From contig OZ253470.1 of assembly GCA_965261735.1 (NCBI GenBank), positions 1,553,479-1,617,478 of the forward strand: a stretch of 64,000 nt of DNA, read 5' to 3'. Under the pieces are notes generated by a model. That model was not told where the DNA came from, did not search any database, and worked only from the letters and a program-made list of their open reading frames with translations. The first letter of the stretch is position 1; every line of letters begins with the position of its first letter. Positions 40,731 through 51,244 of the stretch are shown piece after piece. A program made the position numbers and the translations under genes. This DNA comes from Alphaproteobacteria bacterium. Lineage in GTDB: Bacteria; Pseudomonadota; Alphaproteobacteria; SHVV01.

Positions 40731-41912
40731 TCAGGCTTTTTCCTGTCCTTCGAACCGCCCAAGCATCTCGCCCAGAGCAGTCAGCGGAACCACCTCTCCG
40801 TCTCGCCGGGATTGACGATCCGAACCTCCATAGACGACAGCCCTGGCCGCGATTTGCGGAAGCGATTTCGCTACACGGCTGAGCGAATCGAACCAGTCGG
40901 AGGCGACCGTCGCGCCCGACTTGATCTCGATGGCTCCCATGCCGTTGCCATTCTCATAGAGGAGGTCGCACTCCAAACCGTGGATATCGCGGAAAAAGGA
41001 CAGATTGGATCGGCGGCCCCGATTGAAACGGTGCTTGAGGACCTCCACCACGACCGCATTCTCGAACAGCGGCCCGCGAAGCGGATGGGTGCTCAGCTGT
41101 CCGGCATGTTCGATGCCGATGAGGTGGCTCGCCAGCCCGACATCGTAGAAATAGAGCTTGGGCGTCTTGACCAGCCGCTTGCGGATGTTGGCGTGAAACG
41201 GTGGGAGCCGGAAAACGACGTAGCTTGCTTCCAGGACCGTCAGCCAATGGCCTGCCGTGGTGTGGGAGACGCCGGCATCCGCGCCCAGGGAAGAAAAATT
41301 GGCCAGTTGCCCGACGCGCCCGGCGCACAAACGGACAAACCGGCGGAAGTTTGCGAGATTGCGGATCTCCCCGATCCGGCGCACATCGCGCTCAACATAG
41401 GTCTCGAAATAGTCGCCGAGCGCCTGCCGGGGGTCAAGCTTTCGGTCGTGAATCCGGGGATAGAAGCCGGAATACAGGATGTCGTCGATGCTGTCACTCG
41501 CGCCCGTCCGCTGGCGTTCGGCAAGCGAGAACGGCAGCAGGCGGAGCAATGCCGTGCGCCCGGCGAGCGATTGGCTTATGGCATCGGAGAGCCGGAACTG
41601 CTCGCTGCCCGTCAGCACGAAGAGGCTGTTCCGTCCCAATTCGTCGGCCAATACCTGCAGGTAGGACAGGAGTTCGGGGACGCGCTGAATCTCATCCAGG
41701 ATGGCGCCTTCGCCCAAACGTGCAAGAAAGCCCCTTGGATCGGATTCGGCGAATTCCCGCTGGTCGGGCGCTTCCAGATTGACGTATTCGAGATGCGGGA
41801 AGGCCGCGCGGCACAGCGTGGTTTTGCCGGACTGCCTTGGACCGGTCACGGTGACAAATGGATACTGCTCGAACAGCCCGGTCAGGCAGGGGGTAATCTC
41901 GCGCTCAATCAT
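40731..41912 (-). CDS. AAA+ ATPase of the COG1373 / AAA_14 + DUF4143 family
   Basis: Walker A GPRQSGKTTL; DUF4143-like C-terminal region; start at MIEREITPCL (41912). Confidence 0.75.
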   Translation of the reverse strand: MIEREITPCLTGLFEQYPFVTVTGPRQSGKTTLCRAAFPHLEYVNLEAPDQREFAESDPRGFLARLGEGAILDEIQRVPELLSYLQVLADELGRNSLFVLTGSEQFRLSDAISQSLAGRTALLRLLPFSLAERQRTGASDSIDDILYSGFYPRIHDRKLDPRQALGDYFETYVERDVRRIGEIRNLANFRRFVRLCAGRVGQLANFSSLGADAGVSHTTAGHWLTVLEASYVVFRLPPFHANIRKRLVKTPKLYFYDVGLASHLIGIEHAGQLSTHPLRGPLFENAVVVEVLKHRFNRGRRSNLSFFRDIHGLECDLLYENGNGMGAIEIKSGATVASDWFDSLSRVAKSLPQIAARAVVYGGSDRQSRRDGEVVPLTALGEMLGRFEGQEKA

Positions 41913-42479
41913 GGGCGCACCGTAGTGTGGCGATGATGTAATTGCAAACCACACTTGCAATCAATGCGAAAAGCGCTCAGTTATGAGTGGCCTCTCTGCC
42001 ACCGGCGTAATGGCGCTGGGCTCTACAGGGCAGGCCCAGAAATACCCAATCCGGGTTGTGAACAGCCGCTTGCAAATCTTCTTGAGAAGGCCGTTCGATG
42101 GTCAGTCCGTTCGTTACTGCCTTCGCAAAAAGCAGATCGAGCGCGACCCAGATCGTCATCTTGATCTGGCATTCATAACGCACGTTTCCGGTTCGCTCTT
42201 TGGAGGATACAGGAGCATCAAGGTTTGCAGCTGCTCGACCCGGTTTTTCCCTTTCGGTTTCCCTGCGCCTTCGTATTGCCTTTTTCCGTCACGGCCCGTC
42301 GCCTTCAGGATCATGCAGATGAACGCGATTAGGCGTCCAAAGAGATAGTCGACCTGTTCGAGGAATCACAGGCCTTCCTGCGTGGTTTCGGAATGCCGGA
42401 TACGAAAGCCGTTGCTGATCTTTAGAAAGCGCTGGGGACACCTTGAGTTTCAAGCTCTGGTGCGGCGTTGGATGACGGG

Positions 42480-43790
42480 TCATGATCGTGTCCCGCGGAG
42501 TGGTGTAAGAGCGTTGCGCTCTACGCGGCTCCCGGCGTGTAGGGCCGGGACGTTCAGGCTGCCACGGTGGGCAGCGTGATGGGGACACCATCGCTCAGCG
42601 GAGCGATGGATTCCAGCGTCATGTATCTCCTTGAGACGGCCCACTCGTCGTTCTGCTCGAGAAGGATGGCGCCGACGAGCCGTGTGATGGCGGCTTCGTT
42701 GGGAAAGATACCGACGACGTTGGTGCGACGCTTGACCTCGGCATGGAGCCGTTCGATCGGGTTTGTGGAGTGCAATTTCTGGCGGTGCTCCCTGGGGAAG
42801 CTCATGTAGGCGAGGACGTCGTGCTCGGCTTCGTCCATGAGAACTGCCAGCTTGGGCACCTTGGGCCTGAGCTGGTCGGCGACCTGGCGCCACTGGACCT
42901 TCGCGCTGTCGGCGTCCTCCTGGGCGAAGGCGGAGACGACGCGCCGGCCCTGGCGGCCGGCATGGGCCAGCAGGTTGCGGGCGAAGTGCACGCGGCAGCG
43001 CTGCCATGTGGCGCCGAGGATCCGGGTCGCGGCGGCCTTCAGGCCCTTGTGGTCGTCGGAGATCACCAGCTTCACGCCGCGCAGCCCGCGCCGGGCCAGC
43101 GAGCGCAGGAACTCGGTCCAGAAGGTCTCGGCCTCCGACGCGCCGATCGCCACGCCCAGGACCTCGCGGCGGCCTTGGTCGTTGACGGCCACAGCCACGG
43201 TCACCGCGACCGAGACGATGCGTCCGATCTGGCGCACCTTCACGTAGGTGGCGTCGAGCCACAGATAGGGCCAGTCGCCCTCCAGCGGTCGATCGAGGAA
43301 GCCGGTGACCTTATCGTCGATCTCGCCGCACAGCCTGGAGACCTGGCTCTTGGAGGCGCCCGACATCCCCATCGCCTGAACCAGATCGTCGACCGAGCGG
43401 GTCGACACCCCCTGGATGTAGGCCTCCTGGATCACCGCAGCCAGCGCCTTCTCGGCCATCCGCCGCGGCTCCAGGAAGCCCGGGAAGTAGCTTCCCTTCC
43501 TCAACTTCGGGATCTTCAGCTCGACCGTGCCGGCCCGCGTCTCCCAGGACCGGTCGCGGTAGCCGTTGCGATGGGTGATACGATCCGCCGAGCGCTCGCC
43601 GTGCCCGGCGCCGGTCAGGCCCTCAACCTCCAGTGCCATCAGCCGCTCGGCCGTGAAGCCGATCATCTCGCAAAGCAGATCGGCATCGGAGCTCTTCTCC
43701 AAAAGCGCGCGCAGGGTCATCATGTCCTGGGTCATCGTGGTTCTCCTTCGGGTCAGGTTGGTTTGCACTAGCCCAACCCTAAACCGGAAC
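42480..43790 (-). mobile_element. IS256-family insertion sequence (boundaries approximate)
   Basis: Mutator-type transposase gene with short flanks; terminal IRs not confidently delimited. Confidence 0.5.
42554..43735 (-). CDS. IS256-family (Mutator-like) transposase
   Basis: About 393 aa from MTQDMMTL; conserved IS256 DDE core. Confidence 0.85.
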   Translation of the reverse strand: MTQDMMTLRALLEKSSDADLLCEMIGFTAERLMALEVEGLTGAGHGERSADRITHRNGYRDRSWETRAGTVELKIPKLRKGSYFPGFLEPRRMAEKALAAVIQEAYIQGVSTRSVDDLVQAMGMSGASKSQVSRLCGEIDDKVTGFLDRPLEGDWPYLWLDATYVKVRQIGRIVSVAVTVAVAVNDQGRREVLGVAIGASEAETFWTEFLRSLARRGLRGVKLVISDDHKGLKAAATRILGATWQRCRVHFARNLLAHAGRQGRRVVSAFAQEDADSAKVQWRQVADQLRPKVPKLAVLMDEAEHDVLAYMSFPREHRQKLHSTNPIERLHAEVKRRTNVVGIFPNEAAITRLVGAILLEQNDEWAVSRRYMTLESIAPLSDGVPITLPTVAA

Positions 43791-43918
43791 CGCGATGGCC
43801 TCCGCTGTGGATAGCCGGCTTGCCTACGCCAGACTCTCGGCGGTCGCTACGGCAAGCCGCCTACCCACAGCTAACAGAGGCTCCAACAACTCCTACACCA
43901 CGTCCTGGGACACGACCC
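43768..43918 (+). repeat. 151-bp repeat, copy B (see 16636-16786)
   Basis: Near-identical to copy A; sits at the transposase-start side of the IS256-family element. Confidence 0.6.
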
Positions 43919-44454
43919 GGGTCATTATAATGAAGAACTTGAAGACCTCTGCCTTGTTACGCGACGTTGGTGAAATCATCTGGATTTGAAAATGCCGCTC
44001 AATGACGGCTGTTCTAGTTGCCCGGGTTGGGCCATTGCCCATGAAACCGGCGTGAGAGGGTGTAAATTTCTCCACACGCGCGGCGGCTCTGCAGCTGGAG
44101 CTTTTGTTGTTCAGCCGCCCGCTTGATTCGATGCACATATGCATCGTAGCCGCGCGCCGATTGCGGCGCGCCTGGGGATGGAGATTCTCGAATGCGTCGA
44201 GATCCTCGCGCCCGATGCCGCTGTGTTCGGGGAGCAGAGAGGCGAAGTCGCCCGGCCTGGTGCGGAAAGTATCGGCCTGTTTCAACAGCACAGTGTGGTC
44301 CTGAACGACGGCTATCGCGATTTCGTCGCCAGCACGATCAGGCCGGACTAGCTAGATACGCATGCTCCAATGCCGGCCCTTGCTCTGCTGCTGCCTTTCA
44401 GCCTTGTGCTCGGCGCGCTGTTGCCGCAACTCCCGGAGCTACGGAATTTCGCTA

Positions 44455-45068
44455 TCAACCACCGTCGCGGCGGTTTCGGCGGCAGGCACGGTCTTGCCGT
44501 TTATCGCCGGCGCGCCGTTGCCGTTCGGCTTGTCCAAGAATTGGACCCGGCCGCCGGGGACCAGAAGGATCTCGGTCGAGAACCGGTCGCTGTCCTCGCC
44601 GTCCTTGCGCCACTTGCGGGTCCTTGCGCGGTGGGATGACGGCCGTGGTTCCGCGTTCTGCCAGCCAGTCGCGCAGGGCTTTGCTGTCATAGCCCTTGTC
44701 GGCGACGAGTTCGGCGGCGGGCGGCATGGCTTCGATACAGCGTTGGGCGACCTTGGAATCATGGACGTTTCCTGGTGTCAAGAGCAGGACGAGGGGCCTG
44801 CCTTTCGCATCGCAGACAGCGTGGAGCTTGGTGTTGCGGCCCCCCTTGGTGCGGCCGATGCCATGGGCCAAGGCCCCCCTTTTCCGCCGCCGGCGCAGCG
44901 ATGAACCTTGATGCAGGTTGAATCGATGAACAGCCGGTCGGGGGCGTCTTCGCCGCCCGCCAGCGCGCTGAATATCCGTTCCCAGATGCCGCGCGTATCC
45001 GTCGGCAAAAGCGGCCCAATCCGAGCCCATTGCGCATCCGAAAACCAAAAGAAATCCGACATTTCCAT
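44455..45068 (-). pseudogene. IS5-family (IS427 group) transposase orfA/orfB remnant, 3'-truncated
   Basis: orfA MSDFFWFSDAQWARIGPLLP... (44778-45068); orfB in the -1 frame (DKGYDSKALRDWL...); the C-terminal third of the DDE domain is missing. Confidence 0.65.
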
Positions 45069-45515
45069 CGCCTCCGGGAGCCAAGGTTCTCACGCCGCGA
45101 GTCGACGCCCTGAGCAGTTCAGCCGTTCACCACCTCAATTCGTCCGGGCCAGCACGGGTTGTCGGAGTTGTCGGAACGGTTGTAAAGGTTCGGTCGGGCC
45201 GGTATAGGGCGCGAAGGCGTCGTGGAATCGGATCCAGCGGGCGATCGGGATCTCCTGGAGGAGTGTCTCCGTTTAACGGATATTCCGATTTTGACACCGG
45301 TGTCAATTGCGACTGAAAATTTCCCACTTTTGTCGATCGAAAATTTCTCACTTTGAGCGTTCGGTCGTACCCCCAGACGCGGTGTTTGGGGTGTCGGACT
45401 TGGTCGAGCTGTAGGTAACCGGGTTGGCGCAGCGACCGCCAAGAGTCTGGCGGCGACAACCCGGTTATCCACAGCGGGCGGGTGTCACCGCTCCTGTCTC
45501 CGTTTGAGCCGGCGA

Positions 45516-46313
45516 TCACGCGGCGGCTCTTTTCCTGCGTCGATCCGAGCCGGACTGCAGCAGGTTCTGATGCTCCTTCATCCGGTAGCTGTTGCCCCGG
45601 ATGTTGACGATGTGGCAGTGGTGCACAAGGCGGTCGATGAGAGCCGCCGCCATGACCTCGTCGCCGAGCACGCCACCCCAGTCCTCGAAACCCTTGTTCG
45701 ACGTCAGCACAGTCGACGCCCTCTCGTGCCGGGCGTTGATGAGCTGGAAGAAGAGCACGGCGCCGTCCTGGTTGACCGGCAGGTAGCCGATCTCGTCGAC
45801 CACCAGCAGGGCCGGATGGGTGAGCACGCGCAGCCGCCGGGTCAGATTGCCGGCGGCCTTGGCCTCGGTGAGGGACTCGATCAGCGCCGCGAGCGTGCCG
45901 TAGTAGACGCGCCGGCCGGCCTCGGCCGCCGCGATCGCGAGGCTGATCGCCAAGTGCGTTTTCCCGACGCCTGGTGGGCCGAGCAGGATCACGTTCTCGC
46001 CGCGGTCCAGGAAGCCGAGCTCGTGCAAGCTCTCGATCTGCTCGCGCTTGATGCTGGGCTGGAAGGCGAAGTCGAACTGATCGAGCGTCTTCACAGCCGG
46101 CAGCCGCGAAGAGCGCATGGCGGTCTGGAGACGGCGGTTGTTGCGCAGCACGATCTGGGCGTTCAGCAACTGCTCGATGGCCTCGGCCGCCGAGATCGTG
46201 CCGCCGTCGGCGTCCGAGAGGATGCCGTCGACGGCCTCCAGCGCGCCCGGCATCTTGAGGTCCGCCAGCATTGCCCGCAGCCGGTCGCGCCGGGCCGGCG
46301 CCGGAGCGTTCAT
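45516..46313 (-). CDS. istB: IS21-family helper ATPase IstB
   Basis: 265 aa; Walker A GPPGVGKTHLA, Walker B LLVVDEIGY. Confidence 0.9.
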   Translation of the reverse strand: MNAPAPARRDRLRAMLADLKMPGALEAVDGILSDADGGTISAAEAIEQLLNAQIVLRNNRRLQTAMRSSRLPAVKTLDQFDFAFQPSIKREQIESLHELGFLDRGENVILLGPPGVGKTHLAISLAIAAAEAGRRVYYGTLAALIESLTEAKAAGNLTRRLRVLTHPALLVVDEIGYLPVNQDGAVLFFQLINARHERASTVLTSNKGFEDWGGVLGDEVMAAALIDRLVHHCHIVNIRGNSYRMKEHQNLLQSGSDRRRKRAAA

Positions 46314-47332
46314 TGCAGCGCCTCCGCATAGACACTAAGCGGTCGCTGCTCGACCTTCACGGTTGCCGGCAGTCGCCGCGGCGCGGGCTCCGGAGCATGC
46401 CGGACGCCGAGACGTCGATAGGGATGGTTCGCCAAGGGGAGAAGCACCGCTCGCTCGTCGCGCTCGAAGCGGTCGACAGGACGCTCCCCGGTCGTGGCAT
46501 GCCGGCGGACGTTGGCTGTGCCCTCCAGCCAGCGCACGGCCTGCTCGTTGAGATCGTTGTCATTCGCAAACGAGCGGCCGTAGAAGAAGCTCTCGCGGAT
46601 GTAGCGGATCGGGCGCTCCACTTTGCCCTTGGTCTGGGCCCGATAGGGTCGGCACGAGCGCGGCATGAACCCCCAGTGCGCGGCGAACCGCAGAAACTCC
46701 TCGTTCAGCACCAGGCCGCCGCCGGCCCCGCGGTCGTCGGACAGCACCACGGCGCGCATCTGGTCGAACAGCAGCTCCTCCGGAACCCCGCCGAACCGGT
46801 CGAAGGCGCTCTCCAGACCTTCCATCAGGACCGGCATGGTCTGCCGAGTATAGAAGTGCAGCCACAGCAGCCGGGTGAAGCCGAGGACGATCACCAGGGC
46901 ATGGCGCCGGCCCCAGGGCAGCGTGAACGTACCGAAGTCCACCTGGCCCTGACGCCCCGCCGGCGTCTCGAACCGGACCAGCGATTCAACCGGTTCGCGC
47001 GGTCGCGTCGCCCGCACGTAGTCGTTCACGCGAGAGTAGCAGCCCGGGTAGTCCGCAGCGCGGACCTCATCGAAAAGCCGCTTCGCCGACAGCTTCGGGA
47101 ACGCCTCAAGACGGGCGTCGATGATCGCCTTGTAGGGGTCCAGCTTGTGGGCCACCGGCGGACGGGGCGAATACCCTCGCGCACCGGCCGCCAGATCCCG
47201 GTCCAGTTGGCCGGTATCGACCCAATTGTGGATCGTCCGACGGTTCACCCCGAACCGCCTCGACAGCTCCGCCTTCGAGACACCCCGGTCCAGATAGTGC
47301 TTCAACAACATCCTGGTCTCCCATTTGTACAT
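46310..47332 (-). CDS. istA: IS21-family transposase IstA
   Basis: 340 aa; N-terminal HTH and DDE core; ATGA overlap with istB. Confidence 0.85.
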   Translation of the reverse strand: MYKWETRMLLKHYLDRGVSKAELSRRFGVNRRTIHNWVDTGQLDRDLAAGARGYSPRPPVAHKLDPYKAIIDARLEAFPKLSAKRLFDEVRAADYPGCYSRVNDYVRATRPREPVESLVRFETPAGRQGQVDFGTFTLPWGRRHALVIVLGFTRLLWLHFYTRQTMPVLMEGLESAFDRFGGVPEELLFDQMRAVVLSDDRGAGGGLVLNEEFLRFAAHWGFMPRSCRPYRAQTKGKVERPIRYIRESFFYGRSFANDNDLNEQAVRWLEGTANVRRHATTGERPVDRFERDERAVLLPLANHPYRRLGVRHAPEPAPRRLPATVKVEQRPLSVYAEALQ

Positions 47333-47775
47333 CCGCGCACCGATCCCGCTCTGTTGGCAAAGCCAACAGAGCGGCCCGGGACGCCTTCAGCGACAAGCCC
47401 AAAGTGAGAAATTTTGGGTCGTTACAAATGGGAAATTTACGGTCGCTACCAACACAGGCGGGTTTTTTGGATCTTCGGACCGGCGGATAAAGGCCATTCC
47501 GATCTGAGGGTCTCGGATGCTGCGCTATTCCGCTGCGTCGAGGTCTCGGTCGATGCTGTCTCCGATGCGCGCGGCGGAAGCCTTGACGGTGTCGCGGGCA
47601 AGATGGGCGTAACGGGCGGCCGTCTAGACCTGCGTGTGTCCCAGCAATTTGCCAATCATGGGTGTTGACCGGCGTCGAATGTTGACCCCTCATAGTCACG
47701 TAATATCAAAACATTAGCGCGCCGATCGGCGTCGAATGGGCGCGCCGATCAACAGCCGGGAGGAGGCGGTTCCCC

Positions 47776-48801
47776 ATGTTCGAGAAACTGGGGTTCGAGG
47801 AACTGACACCGATCACAGCCTCGGTCGTGCTGGGTCTGGTGCTTGGCTGCGCCTATGGCGCCTTGGCGCAGCGCAGCGCTCTCTGCCTGCGCCGCGGCCT
47901 GGTCGGACGGTGGAGCGATTGTCTGCCGGCGCTGGGCGCCTGGGCGATGGCACTGGCGTGTGCGATTGCCGGAACCCGGCTGGCCGTTGCCACCGACCTG
48001 ATCTCCTTCGAGGCGCACCGATTTCTCGCGTCCGACGTGCCGGTCGCTTCCGCGCTGTTGGGCGGCGCGCTATTCGGCGCCGGAATGGTGCTGACGGGAG
48101 GCTGCGTTTCGCGCCTTACGGTGCTGCTCGGCACAGGTAATTTGCGCGCCCTGTTCGTCCTGCTCGTCTTCGCCGTCACCGCCCATGCGGTGATGAAAGG
48201 TGCGTTGGCGCCAGTGCGTGAGGCGCTCGGCGCCGCAACCATTCATGGTGGAGAGGCAACAGCGCTCACGGTACTGCCCGGCGGCGAGGTCTGGCCGCTC
48301 GTCCTTGCGGCCGCAGCAGCAACTCTTGCCTTCTTCTCCGGCGCTCGAATCTCCCATCTGGCAATGACGGGCGCGATCGGGTTGCTGGTACCGCTTGGCT
48401 GGATCGGCACGGGGTTTCTGCTGCTGGACGATTTCGACCCGATTCCCGTGCAGTCGATGGGCTTCACGGGACCGATGGCCGACACGCTGTTCTGGACCGT
48501 GGCGGCGACGTCGATTCCGGCCGGCTTCGGCACAGGCCTTGCTGCGGGCGTCTTAGTCGGCAGCTTGGTCGCGGCTCTGGCGGCCGGCGAGTTCCGCTGG
48601 CAGAGCCTGGAAGGGCCGCGGCAGACCGGGCGCTACCTTGCCGGCGCCGTGATGATGGGCGTGGGCGGCGTGCTGGCGGGCGGCTGCACTGTCGGCGCCG
48701 GACTTTCCGGCGTTTCGACGGCAAGTTTCGCCGCCTTGCTCGCGCTCGCCGCAATGGCGGCTTCGGCGAGAGCCGTCGGGGTGCTCCTCGCCGCTCGGTA
48801 G
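47776..48801 (+). CDS. YeeE/YedE family membrane protein (putative thiosulfate/sulfur-compound transporter)
   Basis: 341 aa; two GGC-containing repeats (LTGGCVS, LAGGCTVG) typical of YeeE/YedE. Confidence 0.8.
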   Translation: MFEKLGFEELTPITASVVLGLVLGCAYGALAQRSALCLRRGLVGRWSDCLPALGAWAMALACAIAGTRLAVATDLISFEAHRFLASDVPVASALLGGALFGAGMVLTGGCVSRLTVLLGTGNLRALFVLLVFAVTAHAVMKGALAPVREALGAATIHGGEATALTVLPGGEVWPLVLAAAAATLAFFSGARISHLAMTGAIGLLVPLGWIGTGFLLLDDFDPIPVQSMGFTGPMADTLFWTVAATSIPAGFGTGLAAGVLVGSLVAALAAGEFRWQSLEGPRQTGRYLAGAVMMGVGGVLAGGCTVGAGLSGVSTASFAALLALAAMAASARAVGVLLAAR

Positions 48802-48855
48802 CGCGGTGCAGCCGCTACAGCGCTTTCGACCGGAGCGGAAACCTTGTCCCCGGGA

Positions 48856-50163
48856 TCAGCTAAACATGTCCCCGGTAATGGCGGCGTACCAGCCGAGCGA
48901 CTCCTCATAGGTCGCCTTGCGCAGCTCCGCGCTTTCCCCGGTCTGGGAAATGAAGCCGTCGGTCTTGGCGATCTTCTCGTCGGTCGCTTCGTAGGAGGCA
49001 CCGACCTTGACGCCGTCATCGGTGCCGATGAGCGACCAGCACGTGTTGGAGTAGCGCGGTGGGAACACCGTGGATCCGGTGAGCGCCCCGCGCACCGCCA
49101 TGGCGCAGACCTTCGCCTGACTGTTGGCCGAGAAGCCCGACTTCGGCATATCGCCCTGCAGCGCCGCGTCGCCCAGCACATAGATATTGGCGTCCGCCCG
49201 GCTCTGCATGGTGTGCGGCACGATCGGCGCCCAGCCGGAGTCGTCGGTGATGTCCGCAAGGGCTGCGATGCGTCCCGCCCGCTGCGCGGGGATGACGTTG
49301 CAGACATCCACCTTCATCGCCTCGCCGTCCACCACGACTTCCATGGTGTCGGGCCGCACCTCGACCTTATCGCCGCCGAAGTCCGGCCCGATGCGCTCGA
49401 CCATGCCGGGGTAGTGGCGCTGCCAGCCGTCCTCGAACAACCCTTGCTTGGAGAACTTCTCCTTGGGGTCGACGATCAGGATCTTCGCCGTCGGATTGGC
49501 CTGTTTCAGAACATGGGCCACCATCGAGATGCGCTCATAGGGCCCCGGCGGGCAGCGGAAGGGGTTCGGCGGCGCCACCATGCAATAAGTGCCGCCTTGC
49601 GGCAGGGCCTCGATCTGCGCCTTGAGAAGCTGGGTTTGCGAGCCGGCCTTGTAAGCGTGCGGCATGCGGTTCTGCTGCGACAGGTCCCATCCGGGAACGG
49701 ACCCCGGCCGGAAGTCGATGCCCGGCGACAGGACGAGGCGGTCGTAAGCGAGGCTGGCCCCGCCCGCGAGCCCCACGCTCCGCTTGTCGCGGTCGATGGA
49801 GACCGCCCAGTCGTGCACGACGTTGATCCCATGCCGTGCGGCGAGGGCGCCGTAACTGTGACCGATTGAAGCGAATTCGCGGAAGCCGCCCAGATAGAGG
49901 TTCGAGAAGAAGCAGGTGTAGTAGGCTCGGCTCGGCTCCACGAGCGTTACATCCACAGCGCCCTTCGAATCCTTGGCGATATAGCGTGCCGCCGTCGTAC
50001 CACCCGCGCCGCCGCCCACGACCACGACGCGCGGGCGCCCCTGTGCGAGCACCGTCGGCGCCCAGAGCGCCGTCGTCGCCACGGCCGCTGACGCAAGGAA
50101 ATGCCGTCGGCTCAGGCCGCCTTTTCTGTTTCGCTGGTTCATGACGTGTTTCCCTTGGTTCAC
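48856..50163 (-). CDS. fccB: flavocytochrome c sulfide dehydrogenase, flavoprotein subunit (FccB/SoxF-like)
   Basis: 435 aa; Tat-like signal (SRRHFL), FAD-binding VVVVGGGAGG, FCSD-family similarity. Confidence 0.85.
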   Translation of the reverse strand: MNQGKHVMNQRNRKGGLSRRHFLASAAVATTALWAPTVLAQGRPRVVVVGGGAGGTTAARYIAKDSKGAVDVTLVEPSRAYYTCFFSNLYLGGFREFASIGHSYGALAARHGINVVHDWAVSIDRDKRSVGLAGGASLAYDRLVLSPGIDFRPGSVPGWDLSQQNRMPHAYKAGSQTQLLKAQIEALPQGGTYCMVAPPNPFRCPPGPYERISMVAHVLKQANPTAKILIVDPKEKFSKQGLFEDGWQRHYPGMVERIGPDFGGDKVEVRPDTMEVVVDGEAMKVDVCNVIPAQRAGRIAALADITDDSGWAPIVPHTMQSRADANIYVLGDAALQGDMPKSGFSANSQAKVCAMAVRGALTGSTVFPPRYSNTCWSLIGTDDGVKVGASYEATDEKIAKTDGFISQTGESAELRKATYEESLGWYAAITGDMFS

Positions 50164-50954
50164 GGGTCGTCTTCCGCCCTCTGGAAGTGCGCGGCGAGAG
50201 CGGCGATCTCCTCGTCCGACAAGCGCCCGGCTACAAGCTGCATGATGGGATGGACCCTCTTTCCGCGCTTGTAGGCGTGCAATGCTATCACGAAGTCATC
50301 AGGTGGCCATCCCACGATTGAGGGGATTCCCTCGTCCGCCGCGTCGCTCTGGTGGCAGATGGTGCATTCGCCCGCGAGATAGGCGCCGTACTCGGGGTCA
50401 CCCCGGATGGTGAGGAGCTGAGGGTCGAGGCCGTATTCCTCGGGCGTGGCGGTCGGCTCCGCCGGCGAAAGATCAGGGCGGGTGCCGGAGAAGCCGCGCA
50501 GCCATGCCAGCAGGTCCGTTCTGTCGTTCGTTCCCGGCATGCCGTCGAAACTCATGCGCGAGCGAGGCACGAGAGCGGGCGGGTCGGAGAGAAATGCGTC
50601 GAGGGTCGTCGCGGTCCAGACGAGGCCGCCGGACCCGGCAGCCTTCATCGCTGCGGAATAGCGAAAATCCGCGAGCGAGCCGGCCGCGCGACCGAAGACA
50701 TCGTTGAGCTGCGGCCCGATCCGATGCTCCGCGCCGCCGCCCACCTGATGGCAGCGTTTGCATTGGCCGAAGAGCGCCTTGCCGAGCTCGTCATCGGCGC
50801 TCCATGCGCTGTTGGCCGGGAGAATCAGCAGCAGTGCCGCGGCGAGCAGCCCGAAGGCGAGACATGCCGCAAGGCCGGCCGGCCGGGATCGGTGTCGCCC
50901 GAAGGCTCTAGTCGACCTCAATCCGTTTGCTGAGGTTGTACACGGAGCCGTCAT
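50160..50954 (-). CDS. fccA: diheme cytochrome c subunit (FccA/SoxE-like)
   Basis: Two CxxCH haem-binding motifs (CKRCH, CTICH); signal peptide; the annotated start overlaps soxZ by 47 nt, so the true start is probably an internal alternative codon. Confidence 0.75.
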   Translation of the reverse strand: MTAPCTTSANGLRSTRAFGRHRSRPAGLAACLAFGLLAAALLLILPANSAWSADDELGKALFGQCKRCHQVGGGAEHRIGPQLNDVFGRAAGSLADFRYSAAMKAAGSGGLVWTATTLDAFLSDPPALVPRSRMSFDGMPGTNDRTDLLAWLRGFSGTRPDLSPAEPTATPEEYGLDPQLLTIRGDPEYGAYLAGECTICHQSDAADEGIPSIVGWPPDDFVIALHAYKRGKRVHPIMQLVAGRLSDEEIAALAAHFQRAEDDP

Positions 50955-51234
50955 CGTCGATCCATTGGAACTCCAGAAGGCCCGACTTCGGGACGGCCAT
51001 CTCGAACTGGATGTAGGGATCGGCCGAGACCGCCGGTTCCAGATCGACAGAAATCGCCACCTCGCCGTTATAGCTTACCACGAAGCGGTTGATGATCTGG
51101 CGGGGCACGAGCTCGCCCTCGCTGTCGTGGCGCTGCCCCGTATGCATCGGATGGGTGATCCGGGTCTTGACCGTGAAGGGAACGCCCGCCGCCACCGACT
51201 TCGGCAGCTTCACGCGCGGCTTGGGTTCCGCCAT
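50908..51234 (-). CDS. soxZ: thiosulfate-oxidation carrier protein SoxZ
   Basis: 108 aa; SoxZ-family similarity. Confidence 0.8.
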   Translation of the reverse strand: MAEPKPRVKLPKSVAAGVPFTVKTRITHPMHTGQRHDSEGELVPRQIINRFVVSYNGEVAISVDLEPAVSADPYIQFEMAVPKSGLLEFQWIDDDGSVYNLSKRIEVD

Positions 51235-51244
51235 CGCCCGCTCC

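Larger units (their letters stand above)
45296..47456 (-). mobile_element. IS21-family insertion sequence (about 2.16 kb)
   Basis: istA-istB pair flanked by multi-repeat termini (GAAAATTTCCCACTTTTGTCGATCGAAAATTTCTCACTTTG at about 45300-45360 and the inverted counterpart at about 47400-47450). Confidence 0.8.

Noticed and set aside
44139-44351. 70-aa ORF as a possible VapC/PIN C-terminal fragment
   Set aside because: Similarity too weak and too short to support a call
50908-50954. 47-nt overlap of fccA with soxZ as a genuine long overlap
   Set aside because: More likely the cytochrome uses an internal non-ATG start closer to its signal peptide; the ORF-track start is simply the furthest upstream
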